Position numbers and translations under genes: made by a program. A DNA stretch of 32,000 nucleotides from the NCBI GenBank assembly GCA_034421195.1, contig DAOUKP010000020.1:145181-177180 (forward strand), read 5' to 3'. This document shows, piece by piece, positions 6,757-15,539 of this stretch (the stretch's first letter is position 1; the number at the start of each line of letters is the position of its first letter). Below the pieces are notes generated by a model. It worked only from the letters and a program-made list of their open reading frames with translations. It was not told the origin of the DNA and searched no databases. Origin of the DNA: Dehalococcoidia bacterium. Lineage in GTDB: Bacteria; Chloroflexota; Dehalococcoidia; Lucifugimonadales; JADFKI01.

Positions 6757-8622
6757 TTAGTGAGCAGCCTGCTCGCCGTCTTCAGGGTCGTTCACAGGCT
6801 CGAAGGACCAGGCGTACACCGCTATCATGCCGATGAGTACACCTACAATAGAAATCGCGTAGTAGCCGACCGGATATACCAAACCGAAGCCGCCTATAAG
6901 AATCCCAATCGCCACTACAAGCGGCCAATATGACGGCTGCGGCAAGTGGATGTCGTGGTGTTCCTCATCTTCGCCGGAGCCTCCGGCAACGGGCACGGCG
7001 CGCCTAACCTCGCGGCGCTTGCGTGCCCACCAGTCGTCCCGGTCGTAAACGGTCGGAATCTCTTCAAAGTTGTATTCAGGAGGCGGAGACGGGATGGACC
7101 ACTCAAGCGTCCTACCGTCCCAAGGGTCGCCGTCGGCAATCTCGCCCTTGCGCCAGCTCTTCACGATATTATGCATGAAGATCAGGATACCTACCGCAAG
7201 CACTATCACGCCGAAGGTGGACACGCCGTTCCAGAAGTCCCACCCCATCGAGGACTCATAGGTGTAAATGCGGCGGGGCATGCCGTCAAGCCCAAGAAAG
7301 TGCTGCGGGAAGAAAGCGATATTAAAGCCAACGAAAGTGACCCAGAAGTTTATCTTGCCGAGAGTTTCGTCGTACATCCGCCCCGTAATCTTAGGGAACC
7401 AGTAGAAGATGCCCGCGAAGATTGCGAATATCGCACCTCCGAAGAGCACATAATGGATATGGGCGACGATGAAGTAAGTGTCCTGCTGCTGCGCGTCAGA
7501 AGACGCCATGGAGTGCATCACGCCGCTAATACCGCCAATGGTGAACATGGCGACGAATCCTATGGCATATAACATAGGAGTCTTGAAGTCCATAGCGCCG
7601 CCCCACATAGTGCCCATCCAGTTGAACACCTTTATCCCTGTGGGCACCGCAATCGCCATAGTCGTTATTGTGAACACCGTCACGGGGATGGGACCCAGAC
7701 CGACCGTGAACATGTGGTGGCTCCACACCATCCAGCCCATGAAGGCGATGATGGCTCCGGCGAGCACAATTGCCGGGTATCCGAACAGAGGCTTCTTGGA
7801 GAAGGTCGGCAGTATCTCTGAGACTATTCCCATCGCGGGGAGGATAAGTATGTACACTTCCGGATGTCCGAACACCCAGAACAGGTGCTGCCACAGAACC
7901 GGGTCTCCGCCCCTGGCGACGTTGAAGAAGTTCATCCCGAAGCTGCGATCAAAGTACAGTTCGATTAGCGCCACCGTGATGACAGGGAACGCCAGAACTA
8001 TGAGGATGTTCGTGATAAACGTCATCCAAGTAAACAGAGGCAGGCGCATGAAGGACATGCCCGGCGCCCTCATGTTGATGATAGTGACGAGGAAGTTGAA
8101 GGACGCTGCTAGGGAAGCTATACCCAGCACCTGCAAGCTGACGATCCAGTAGTCTATGCCCGTCCCCGGATTCTGCTGCACGCTCGTCAGAGGCGCATAG
8201 CCAAACCAGCCTGCATTTGTCGCGCCGCCGGTAAACCAGCTGATTTTCAGGATGATTGCGCCGGCGAGGAAAGTCCAGTAGCTGAAGGCGTTGAGGCGTG
8301 GGAAAGCCACATCCCTTGCGCCAATCTGCAAAGGAATGACGAAGTTAAAGAACGCGGCACTCAGCGGCATTATCGCGAGGAAGATCATCGTGGTGCCGTG
8401 CATCGTGAAGAGCTGATTGAAAATCTCGGCGCTGACGATGTCTTGTCCCGGACCCGCAAGCTGAATACGCATCAAGAGCGCTTCGATGCCGCCGGACAGG
8501 AACAGTATGAAGGCAGTGACGCCGTAGAGTACGCCTATCTTTTTGTGGTCGATAGTCGTAATCCAGTTCCATAGACCTGTTGGGTGTGTTGGCCTGGGTA
8601 TGGGGAACGCTAGTGTCGTCAT
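6757..8622 (-). CDS. ctaD: Cytochrome c oxidase subunit I (621 aa, with two extra C-terminal helices as in Bacillus CtaD)
   Basis: Motifs DHKKIGVLY, WFFGHPEVYILILP-type (LFWVFGHPEVYILILPAMG), HHMFTVG and VAHIHYVLFGG are present. Confidence 0.97.
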   Translation of the reverse strand: MTTLAFPIPRPTHPTGLWNWITTIDHKKIGVLYGVTAFILFLSGGIEALLMRIQLAGPGQDIVSAEIFNQLFTMHGTTMIFLAIMPLSAAFFNFVIPLQIGARDVAFPRLNAFSYWTFLAGAIILKISWFTGGATNAGWFGYAPLTSVQQNPGTGIDYWIVSLQVLGIASLAASFNFLVTIINMRAPGMSFMRLPLFTWMTFITNILIVLAFPVITVALIELYFDRSFGMNFFNVARGGDPVLWQHLFWVFGHPEVYILILPAMGIVSEILPTFSKKPLFGYPAIVLAGAIIAFMGWMVWSHHMFTVGLGPIPVTVFTITTMAIAVPTGIKVFNWMGTMWGGAMDFKTPMLYAIGFVAMFTIGGISGVMHSMASSDAQQQDTYFIVAHIHYVLFGGAIFAIFAGIFYWFPKITGRMYDETLGKINFWVTFVGFNIAFFPQHFLGLDGMPRRIYTYESSMGWDFWNGVSTFGVIVLAVGILIFMHNIVKSWRKGEIADGDPWDGRTLEWSIPSPPPEYNFEEIPTVYDRDDWWARKRREVRRAVPVAGGSGEDEEHHDIHLPQPSYWPLVVAIGILIGGFGLVYPVGYYAISIVGVLIGMIAVYAWSFEPVNDPEDGEQAAH

Positions 8623-8692
8623 CCCTCGCCTCCCATGTCATTCGATTTATCAGTGCTGCGGCGCTTTTATTCTACTATTTTATCCGCAACCG

Positions 8693-9922
8693 CTACTTGA
8701 GCGTCATTAGATAGGCAACCAGAGCGTCAATCTCCTGCTCGGTCAGTTTGTTGGCAGGGTCTATGTACGGCTCGCCGTCTCTAGCCATCAGGTTACCCGG
8801 CTTCAGCGCTTCGGGGTCGGTTATCCAGACTTTAAGGTTATTCTGAAGCATTGATTCGTTGATGAAGGGGCGCCCCGTATCGATGTCCGTAGGTATGCCC
8901 GCCGAGTTCACATAGAGCTGCCGTGAACCGCTCGCATCCTCAAAGTCCACATCCGAGTTCCGGTAGATGCCGAGGTGGTTCAGGCGAGTTGCGACATGGT
9001 TCAGAATCGGTCCCGTCCTACCAGGGAGCCTGCTACCATCATCACGCAACTTTATGATACTGCTGGTGTCGTTATGGCAGCCCTTGCAACCTGCTTCTTG
9101 GAACAACTCCTTGCCCTGCGCCGCAAGCGCGTCAGAAGGCTCAGGGGCAGGATTCGCCTGGTGCAGCAGCCATGCGTCGAACTCCTCGCGCGGAACTGCA
9201 ACCACCTTGAAGCGCATATTCGCGTGGGAAACGCCGCAGAATTCAGCGCATTGACCGAAGAATTCGCCGGGCACATACGCTTCGAACCACATCCTGTTGT
9301 CGTTGTTCGGTATCATGTCCACCTTGCCGGCGAGCTTGGGCACCCAGAAACTATGGATGACGTCCACCGAGTCCAGCAGGAAAACAACAGGTTCGCCAAC
9401 CGGAACATACATCTCGTTGGCGACCGCAATCTGCTCGCCAGGATTGTTCGGGTGTGGATAGCGGAACTCGAACCACCACTGATGGCCAATGACATCCACT
9501 TCCAGCGCTTCTCGCTGTGTGTTGGCTATTGCCCTCTTATACCCCGTTCCGGCGTCGGCAAAGAAGATGCCGGGTATTACATACCACGCCGCCACAACAA
9601 GAATGATGACGGGCAGTATTGTCCACATAATTTCAAGACGAGTGTTGCCGTGCGTCTGTGCCGGGTCGCCCGCGTCCTCTCGGCGGCGGAACTTGATGAC
9701 CATGTAAATCAGCGCAGCTTCAACCGCGATGAAGACGACCAATCCTGCCCAGAAGATTGCCCAGAAGATGAAAAGCTGATCCTCTGAGACCGGGCCCAAA
9801 GTGTCGAAAGTTGATTGCGGATGATCAGGCGTGACTATATTACAGCCCGTAAGCAGGGCCGCGAGCGCGCCCATCAGCGCCACGCCCGTTAATCTTTTCA
9901 AGCTCGCTGCGCCTTTCAGCAT
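8693..9922 (-). CDS. ctaC: Cytochrome c oxidase subunit II with fused C-terminal cytochrome c domain (caa3 type), lipoprotein signal
   Basis: CuA site HSFWVP...CAEFCGVSHANM. Haem c motif CKGCH. N-terminal lipobox LLTGC. Confidence 0.95.
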   Translation of the reverse strand: MLKGAASLKRLTGVALMGALAALLTGCNIVTPDHPQSTFDTLGPVSEDQLFIFWAIFWAGLVVFIAVEAALIYMVIKFRRREDAGDPAQTHGNTRLEIMWTILPVIILVVAAWYVIPGIFFADAGTGYKRAIANTQREALEVDVIGHQWWFEFRYPHPNNPGEQIAVANEMYVPVGEPVVFLLDSVDVIHSFWVPKLAGKVDMIPNNDNRMWFEAYVPGEFFGQCAEFCGVSHANMRFKVVAVPREEFDAWLLHQANPAPEPSDALAAQGKELFQEAGCKGCHNDTSSIIKLRDDGSRLPGRTGPILNHVATRLNHLGIYRNSDVDFEDASGSRQLYVNSAGIPTDIDTGRPFINESMLQNNLKVWITDPEALKPGNLMARDGEPYIDPANKLTEQEIDALVAYLMTLK

Positions 9923-10107
9923 TTTAATAATCGTACCCTCTCGTTAGTTGCCATTTTTGTGTCGCCGCGCCTAACTTTCCACCGGCAAATTTCAGCCAGT
10001 TTCTCCCACTCAAAATGAGTTTGACGGTTCGTCAGCGCACCGAGTAAGAAATCTATCAGAGCAGTTAAACTCAGTCAAGATTATACACTCTAAATCTGTC
10101 ATTCAGA

Positions 10108-11028
10108 CTATATCCAAGAGTACCAACCTACCTTGTAAACGCTATCAGCGATAATCGCCAGGAAGAGAACTGCCAGATACAGCAGCGAATACAGATACAG
10201 CGATTTCGCTCCTTCTATACCGGGACGACGAATAAGCCGCCAAGCATAGTATATGAAAAGAACACCCAGCGCCATTGAACTAATCAGGTACACCAGTCCT
10301 ACTGCGCCGGTGAGCGCGAACATGGTGGTCAGGGCGAGCATAAGCACGGTGTAAAGCAGGATGGACTTCTTCGTAACATCCACTCCGGCAACTACCGGCA
10401 GCATCGGCACCTTCGCGCTCGCATAATCATCCTTTAGCAACAACGACAGCGCCCAGAAGTGCGGGGGCGTCCAGAAGAAGACTATCGCAAAGAGATATAT
10501 TGCAGGCAGATCAAGCGACCCTGTAACGGCGACCCAGCCTACTGCCGGGGGAATCGCGCCTGCTGCTCCGCCTATGACGATGTTCTGAGTTGAAGTACGC
10601 TTCAGCGCCATCGTATAGACCAGCACATAAAACAGCGTAGCCGACAGCGTTAATACCGCGCTCAGCAGGTTGACCATGGACGCCAGCATTGCGAAGGCGA
10701 TAATGTTGGTGCAAATGCCGAATGCAATGGCATGGCTGTTCGGGATGGTTCCAACGACAACGGGGCGCTTGCTTGTGCGCCGCATCGCCTCGTCTATGTC
10801 TCGGTCGAACCACTGGTTGAGGGCGTTTGCGCCCGCTGACGCCAACGCTCCTCCGGTAAGAACAACCAACAGGGTTACGACATCGGGCGTGCCTTGAGCG
10901 GCGAGAAACATTCCACCCAGAGCGGTGAACAGCAGCAGCACGATTATGCGCGGCTTTGTCAGCGCCACATACGCTCTGAATAGGCTTTGCGGCGGCGCTG
11001 CAACTTGCCGAGTTGTCTGAGTAGCCAA
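10108..11028 (-). CDS. ctaB: Protohaem IX farnesyltransferase (haem O synthase)
   Basis: UbiA-fold prenyltransferase with motifs NQWFDRDIDEAMRRTSKRP and FFWTPPHFWAL. It is adjacent to ctaA. Confidence 0.95.
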   Translation of the reverse strand: MATQTTRQVAAPPQSLFRAYVALTKPRIIVLLLFTALGGMFLAAQGTPDVVTLLVVLTGGALASAGANALNQWFDRDIDEAMRRTSKRPVVVGTIPNSHAIAFGICTNIIAFAMLASMVNLLSAVLTLSATLFYVLVYTMALKRTSTQNIVIGGAAGAIPPAVGWVAVTGSLDLPAIYLFAIVFFWTPPHFWALSLLLKDDYASAKVPMLPVVAGVDVTKKSILLYTVLMLALTTMFALTGAVGLVYLISSMALGVLFIYYAWRLIRRPGIEGAKSLYLYSLLYLAVLFLAIIADSVYKVGWYSWI

Positions 11029-11032
11029 GCCC

Positions 11033-12022
11033 TTAAGCCCTTTCCGTCAAACTATTCGCAACCAAGATTTCGCTTTCCTCCACCGCAGGCGCCACGCCGG
11101 CAAACCGCTGCGGCAAATAGGCTAGTCCGGCAACGAATACCAGAGCGATCCACACCAAAGTCGCCATGCTGAGGTGTATAGCCTTAATCTCCGGCGTGAA
11201 TCCCAGCCACACAGTGAAGGCGCCAACCAGAATCTGCGCCGCAAACGCCAGAAAGAGCAGCGCTCCGCTCCATCCCATGCTTGGTAGGCGGAATCGCGCC
11301 TGCCAAGCCTTGTATGCAACTGCCAGCACCAGCAACCCAATTATCGCCGCAAAGTACCGATGTCCCATATGCTCGATATACGCCCTGCCCTCGGGAAACA
11401 GACTGCCGTTGCACAGCGGCCAAGTACCGCAAGACGAGCCGTACCCCGCGCCGACGATATAAGAACCGGACAGAATGAGAAGAAACACTCCAACCAGCGC
11501 TGCGATTATCAACTTGATTGTGCCTGCCTCAACACGGGTGCCAGAATCATCCTGTTTCGCAACGCCGACTCGCCAGCTGACAACTACTGCGATAACGAGC
11601 GCCCCGACCGCAACCTCAGCCACTCCGAGGTGAATCAGACGCAGCCACCAAGCGAGTTCCGTCAGCACGGTTGCGCCGCCCAAAATTGCGGCTACGAACA
11701 CTAGCGCCAGCGCCGTCAGAATAGAATTCTTCCCCCATCGAATATGTCGGTATCGCGACAATACGATTATCGTTGTCCCCAGAACCAGCACGCCGAGCAA
11801 AGATGCGGATAGCCTGTGGCTGTACTCGAGGAGAGTGGCAAAATCGAAGGGCGGAATGATCTGCCCGTGGCAAAGAGGCCAGTCCGGGCATCCAAGCCCG
11901 GAGCCGGTTACCCTCACAATGCCGCCAAGCGTTACCTGCGCAAAGGCGGCTACTAAAGAAGCCACCGCCAGCACACGAAAGATAAGGCGTCCTCCCTTGC
12001 CATAATTTCGAGTCTGGGCCAT
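11033..12022 (-). CDS. ctaA: Haem A synthase (CtaA/COX15)
   Basis: Eight-TM protein with two Cys pairs (GCPDWPLCHG and SCGTWPLCNG) and conserved His residues. It lies 4 nt upstream of ctaB. Confidence 0.9.
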   Translation of the reverse strand: MAQTRNYGKGGRLIFRVLAVASLVAAFAQVTLGGIVRVTGSGLGCPDWPLCHGQIIPPFDFATLLEYSHRLSASLLGVLVLGTTIIVLSRYRHIRWGKNSILTALALVFVAAILGGATVLTELAWWLRLIHLGVAEVAVGALVIAVVVSWRVGVAKQDDSGTRVEAGTIKLIIAALVGVFLLILSGSYIVGAGYGSSCGTWPLCNGSLFPEGRAYIEHMGHRYFAAIIGLLVLAVAYKAWQARFRLPSMGWSGALLFLAFAAQILVGAFTVWLGFTPEIKAIHLSMATLVWIALVFVAGLAYLPQRFAGVAPAVEESEILVANSLTERA

Positions 12023-12173
12023 TGACGTTATTTCGCTCTACTTGTCACTCTATTCAACATCTAAGATGGAGACAATATGAAGCTACGCCAACTGACGCAC
12101 TTTCTTGTGCATCTTTTCACGAATGCCGTTCACGGATGAATATAGCATACGCCCCCTTCATCGTCAATTAGCC

Positions 12174-12203
12174 TTGACGCACTTCAAGCCTCAACGCTAG
12201 AAT
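12174..12203 (+). promoter_or_regulatory. Candidate promoter for tRNA-Lys
   Basis: TTGACG (12174-12179), 18-nt spacer, TAGAAT (12198-12203), about 55 nt upstream of the tRNA. Sequence match only. Confidence 0.35.
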
Positions 12204-12258
12204 AAGTTGGCGACGCGCTTACATATCACCCCTCTGCATCGCCCGCTTTTGCGATCGT

Positions 12259-12335
<77 letters not shown>

Positions 12336-12520
12336 CCCCCTTCTCTATGCCACAATATCCATGTAGCTAGATGCTGCCTCTTCTCCCCATTTCTCAATAC
12401 CCCCTTGTCAGATTGCTTCAATGCCCCTAGTCTTACGGAGCAGACTTGCCACAGATACTAACAGTGCCGACTGGTCAAGTTGCAGAAGCACAGTTAGTAA
12501 AGCCTTGAGGAGGACTGACG

Positions 12521-13723
12521 ATGTTCCTGATGCGATTCACTGAGCGGGCGTACTACCACTATACGGAGGAGGATGTCCGCAACAGCTACCGAAGCGCGGT
12601 CAGGCTCACATTCCCCAACTCGCATTTTGATACAACCAAAGCTTCGCACATGTACAACTACTACCTTGACGAGTACGAGTACTGCGAAGAGGTAGGATTC
12701 GACGGATTGATGCTGAATGAGCATCATAATACGCCCACCTGTATGGGCGCCGCGATGAACCTTGAAGCCGCCATCCTAGCTCGCATAACTAAGAAGCCGA
12801 AAATCGTTCTACTCGGGAACCCTCTGCCGATACAGGAAAATCCCATCAGAATGGCGGAAGAGCTTGCGGAAATCGATCTCATATCCCGCGGCAGGCTGGT
12901 GTCCGGCTTCGTGCGCGGCACAGGAGTTGAATCTTGGGCCACCAACACCAATCCGGTCCACAACCGCGACCGCTTCCAGGAAGCGCACGACCTCATCGTC
13001 AAGACGTGGACGACGCCTGGCCCATTCCGCTGGGACGGCAAGCACTATGAGTTCCGTGTGGTCAACCCATTCGTGCGACCACTGCAAGAGCCGCATCCGC
13101 CCGTCTGGGTGCCCGGCAGCGCTAGCCCGGAGACGATGATTTGGGCAGCGCAGCGCCACTATCCTTATGTGTTCCTTGAAGCGGACCCGGATGTTGTGGG
13201 CGATGCCAAGCGCATCTACGCGGACGCGGCAAACGAAGTCGGCTACGAACCAGGTCCCCAGAATTTCGGTTACCTGTTCCGCGTGCATGTGCAGGACACG
13301 GACGAGAAGGCTTATGAAGTCGGCAAGGGCTTCCTGTCCGGCAACGCGGGCGTCGGTCGTGTGCCGATGCCACCGGAATACATGAACCCGCCCGGGTACA
13401 GTTCCATCGAAGGACGCAGACGATTGGCAAACATCAATCTGCGACCGGACAGGCTCGTCGGCGGCGTGGACTCAGCAGGCTACGATAGAGTAGTTCAACT
13501 CAATCGCATCGTAGTCGGCAGTCCGGACACCGTAATCAAGAAACTCCGCGAGGTTCTGTCGGTCGTTCGACCAGGAATCTTGGCTGTCTGGACGAATGAC
13601 GGCAGCATAAGCCACGAGGACACTATGCGCTGCCTGCGCCTGATGAAGGACGAGGTACTACCCGCACTCCGCGAGCTTGGAAAGGAACTGGAACTGCCAG
13701 GACCGTTTGAGGTCGCGCCATAG
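12521..13723 (+). CDS. LLM-class (luciferase-like) flavin-dependent oxidoreductase/monooxygenase
   Basis: 400-aa ORF with GAGGAGG 8 nt upstream of the ATG. It has a TIM-barrel LLM signature (GFDGLMLNEHHNTP...) and a length typical of this family. Confidence 0.88.
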   Translation: MFLMRFTERAYYHYTEEDVRNSYRSAVRLTFPNSHFDTTKASHMYNYYLDEYEYCEEVGFDGLMLNEHHNTPTCMGAAMNLEAAILARITKKPKIVLLGNPLPIQENPIRMAEELAEIDLISRGRLVSGFVRGTGVESWATNTNPVHNRDRFQEAHDLIVKTWTTPGPFRWDGKHYEFRVVNPFVRPLQEPHPPVWVPGSASPETMIWAAQRHYPYVFLEADPDVVGDAKRIYADAANEVGYEPGPQNFGYLFRVHVQDTDEKAYEVGKGFLSGNAGVGRVPMPPEYMNPPGYSSIEGRRRLANINLRPDRLVGGVDSAGYDRVVQLNRIVVGSPDTVIKKLREVLSVVRPGILAVWTNDGSISHEDTMRCLRLMKDEVLPALRELGKELELPGPFEVAP

Positions 13724-13847
13724 TACATTACTCGTCATTAGTATGTTGTGAGTGATACAAAAGTCCCTTCCCACTTGATGGGGGAAGGTTAGGATGGGGG
13801 TGATGGTTTTACACCGTCATTCCCTCCATAGTACATTACCCGTCATT
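13718..13847. repeat. 22-bp direct repeat pair, 108 bp apart (13718-13739 and 13826-13847)
   Basis: CCATAGTACATTAC(T/C)CGTCATT matches at 21 of 22 positions. The first copy contains the LLM stop codon TAG. The pair brackets the hairpin-repeat module at 13763-13829. Confidence 0.7.
13763..13829 (+). repeat. Intergenic hairpin-repeat module, type R1, intact copy
   Basis: GTCCCTTCCC-ACTTGAT-GGGGGAAGG hairpin, followed by TTAGGATGGGGGTGA...CCCTCCAT. A second, interrupted copy lies at 16676-16703 plus 16844-16876. Confidence 0.7.
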
Positions 13848-13866
13848 CCCGTGAAAACGGGAATCC
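13841..13866 (+). repeat. Short palindromic repeat of the GTCATTCC...GGAATC family (R2 variant)
   Basis: In CGTCATTCCCGTGAAAACGGGAATCC, the perfect 7-bp stem ATTCCCG/CGGGAAT closes the loop TGAAAA. Relatives lie at 16730, 16792 (inverted) and 17936. Confidence 0.65.
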
Positions 13867-13883
13867 AGCACAGAAGGACAAAA

Positions 13884-14660
13884 ATGTCAGACAGCAACAA
13901 CTCACAAAACTTTGTCGAAGTCGCGGACGCCAGAATCCATCTGCTGAAGTCCGGCAGCGGCACCGCCGTCTTGTCCCTGCACAGCATCGAAGGCAACCTG
14001 GGATGGTTGCCGTACCTTGACGCCCTCACGCAATCCGCCTCCGTATATGCGCCTACCCACCCCGGCTACGGCTCTTCGGACCGCCCGGATTGGCTCGAAT
14101 CCATTTCCGATCTCGCGCGCTTCTACTTATGGACGCTTCAGGAACTTGGGTTGGACAAGGTGCATCTGATAGGCGGCTTCTTGGGAGGATGGATTGCGGC
14201 TGAAATGGCTGTGATGTGTCCGCAGGCGCTGCATAGCCTTACACTCATCGGGACTGCCGGGGTTCGACCAAGCGAGGGCGAAATTGCGGACATCTTTCTA
14301 CTCGGTGAGGAAGAGACTACAAACCTCGCCATTGGCGACCCGGACTTGCTCACATCCGCTATCGAGCCACAAGATCCCTTCGTCCAACTGCGTGGACGTG
14401 AGATGACGACCAGGCTGTGCTGGAAGCCGTACATGCACAGCCCCAGCCTGATACATCTGCTGCCTCGTGTCGAAGTTCCAACTCTCGTCGTATGGGGTGA
14501 GCGCGACCGTATCATCCCTGTCAGCGCAGGCAAGCGAATTTCTACCGCTATGCCTAACGCCCGTCTTGAGGTTGTTGCAGGCGCGGGCCACTTACCCCAC
14601 ATACAGAAGCCGCAAGAAGTCATCCCTCTGCTGCAACGGCACATGGGACTTACCGACTAA
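13884..14660 (+). CDS. Alpha/beta-fold hydrolase homolog (MCP-hydrolase-like) lacking the nucleophile serine
   Basis: I chose the start at ATG 13884 (SD AGAAGGA). The track start at 13794 reads through the intergenic repeats. The fold is shown by HPGYGSSD, VHLIGGFLGGWIAAEMA, WGERDRIIP and GAGHLPHIQKP. The nucleophile-elbow position reads G-G-F-L-G. Confidence 0.85.
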   Translation: MSDSNNSQNFVEVADARIHLLKSGSGTAVLSLHSIEGNLGWLPYLDALTQSASVYAPTHPGYGSSDRPDWLESISDLARFYLWTLQELGLDKVHLIGGFLGGWIAAEMAVMCPQALHSLTLIGTAGVRPSEGEIADIFLLGEEETTNLAIGDPDLLTSAIEPQDPFVQLRGREMTTRLCWKPYMHSPSLIHLLPRVEVPTLVVWGERDRIIPVSAGKRISTAMPNARLEVVAGAGHLPHIQKPQEVIPLLQRHMGLTD

Positions 14661-14691
14661 ACACTACTCACAAGACACAGGGAGAATGCAC

Positions 14692-15450
14692 ATGGCAGTC
14701 AACACCGCAAAGCAGAAGATGCTAAGGGGAGAGCCAGCCTTTGGCGCGGAGGTCAACCTCGGCTCATATCTGTCCGCCGAGCTTATTTCGCCGCTCGGCT
14801 TCGACTTCATTCTCGTGGACAACCAGCACGGCGCTTGGGACGATACTACATCGATGGGCGCGTTCCGCAGTATCGGGCTGGGCAAGGCAATGCCAATGGC
14901 GCGCGTGCGCCGCAACGATTTTGGCGCAATCGGTAGGCTGCTCGATCGCGGCGCTATGGGCATAGTGGTGCCGATGGTCAACTCGGTTGAGGAAGCGGAG
15001 GCGGCGGCTGAAGCGGTCCGTTATCTGCCAATTGGCGGGCGCTCTGCCGGAGCGTTTGGCACGGGTTTCTTGGGTGACAATTACATGGAATGGGCTAATG
15101 ACGAGATCTTTCTCGCCGTGCAGATTGAATCGGTGAGGGCTGCGGAGAACGCCGAAGCCATCTTATCCGTAGAGGGCATAGACGGCTGCTGGGTCGGCCC
15201 TGGCGACCTGATGTACTCCATGGGCGTTGACCTGTCAGACCCTGCGGGCTGGCAGGCGCACGACGACCTTATCGTGCAGGTATTCGAGGCGACCAAGCGC
15301 GCCGGCAAGATACCCGGCATCTACACGCCCAGCGCATCGGAAGCATTGCGCCGAGCCGAGCAGGGCGGCCTGTTCCTGACGGCAGGCGGCGACGGCCCCT
15401 GGGTCGTCGAAGGCGCACTCAACACTTTGAAAGAACTTGGGCGAGTCTAA
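14692..15450 (+). CDS. HpcH/HpaI-family class II aldolase (2-keto-3-deoxy-acid aldolase type)
   Basis: The start at ATG 14692 lies 7 nt after GGGAG; the track start at 14467 would overlap the hydrolase gene by about 190 nt. The protein is co-linear with HpcH/HpaI. Conserved features are FDFILVDNQHG, ARVRRND (catalytic Arg), LAVQIES (Glu metal ligand) and VGPGDL (Asp metal ligand). Confidence 0.9.
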   Translation: MAVNTAKQKMLRGEPAFGAEVNLGSYLSAELISPLGFDFILVDNQHGAWDDTTSMGAFRSIGLGKAMPMARVRRNDFGAIGRLLDRGAMGIVVPMVNSVEEAEAAAEAVRYLPIGGRSAGAFGTGFLGDNYMEWANDEIFLAVQIESVRAAENAEAILSVEGIDGCWVGPGDLMYSMGVDLSDPAGWQAHDDLIVQVFEATKRAGKIPGIYTPSASEALRRAEQGGLFLTAGGDGPWVVEGALNTLKELGRV

Positions 15451-15539
15451 CAGGATGTACAGCATAGACGGGATGCGATAGACTTACCCACGCACTGAGA
15501 ACTGACAACTGTCCATGAAAAACTACCCCGAGGTGCAGC

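Noticed and set aside
6946-9787. Long + strand ORFs (208, 224 and 270 aa) antisense to ctaD and ctaC
   Set aside because: They are shadow ORFs opposite strongly supported oxidase genes. Their Arg/Pro/His-rich composition is low in complexity and they have no motifs.
10080-10085. TATAAT hexamer on the minus strand, about 157 nt upstream of ctaC, as the oxidase operon promoter
   Set aside because: There is no acceptable -35 element at 16-19 nt spacing, and ctaC may simply be co-transcribed with ctaA-ctaB. The evidence is too weak to annotate.
12077-12139. 20-codon ORF MKLRQLTHFLVHLFTNAVHG with GGAG upstream, reminiscent of a LysR-family N-terminus
   Set aside because: It is far too short for any call. 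The resemblance rests on about 8 residues, and there is no downstream remnant of an HTH or effector domain in any frame that I could see.
13794-13883. Extended N-terminus of the hydrolase (track start 13794), and similarly the extended starts at 14467 (aldolase), 2837 (rpmI), 3152 (rplT) and 28766 (glycosyltransferase)
   Set aside because: The extensions read through intergenic repeats or overlap the upstream genes. They add residues absent from the conserved families. Downstream starts have proper SD spacing or, for the glycosyltransferase, avoid the overlap.
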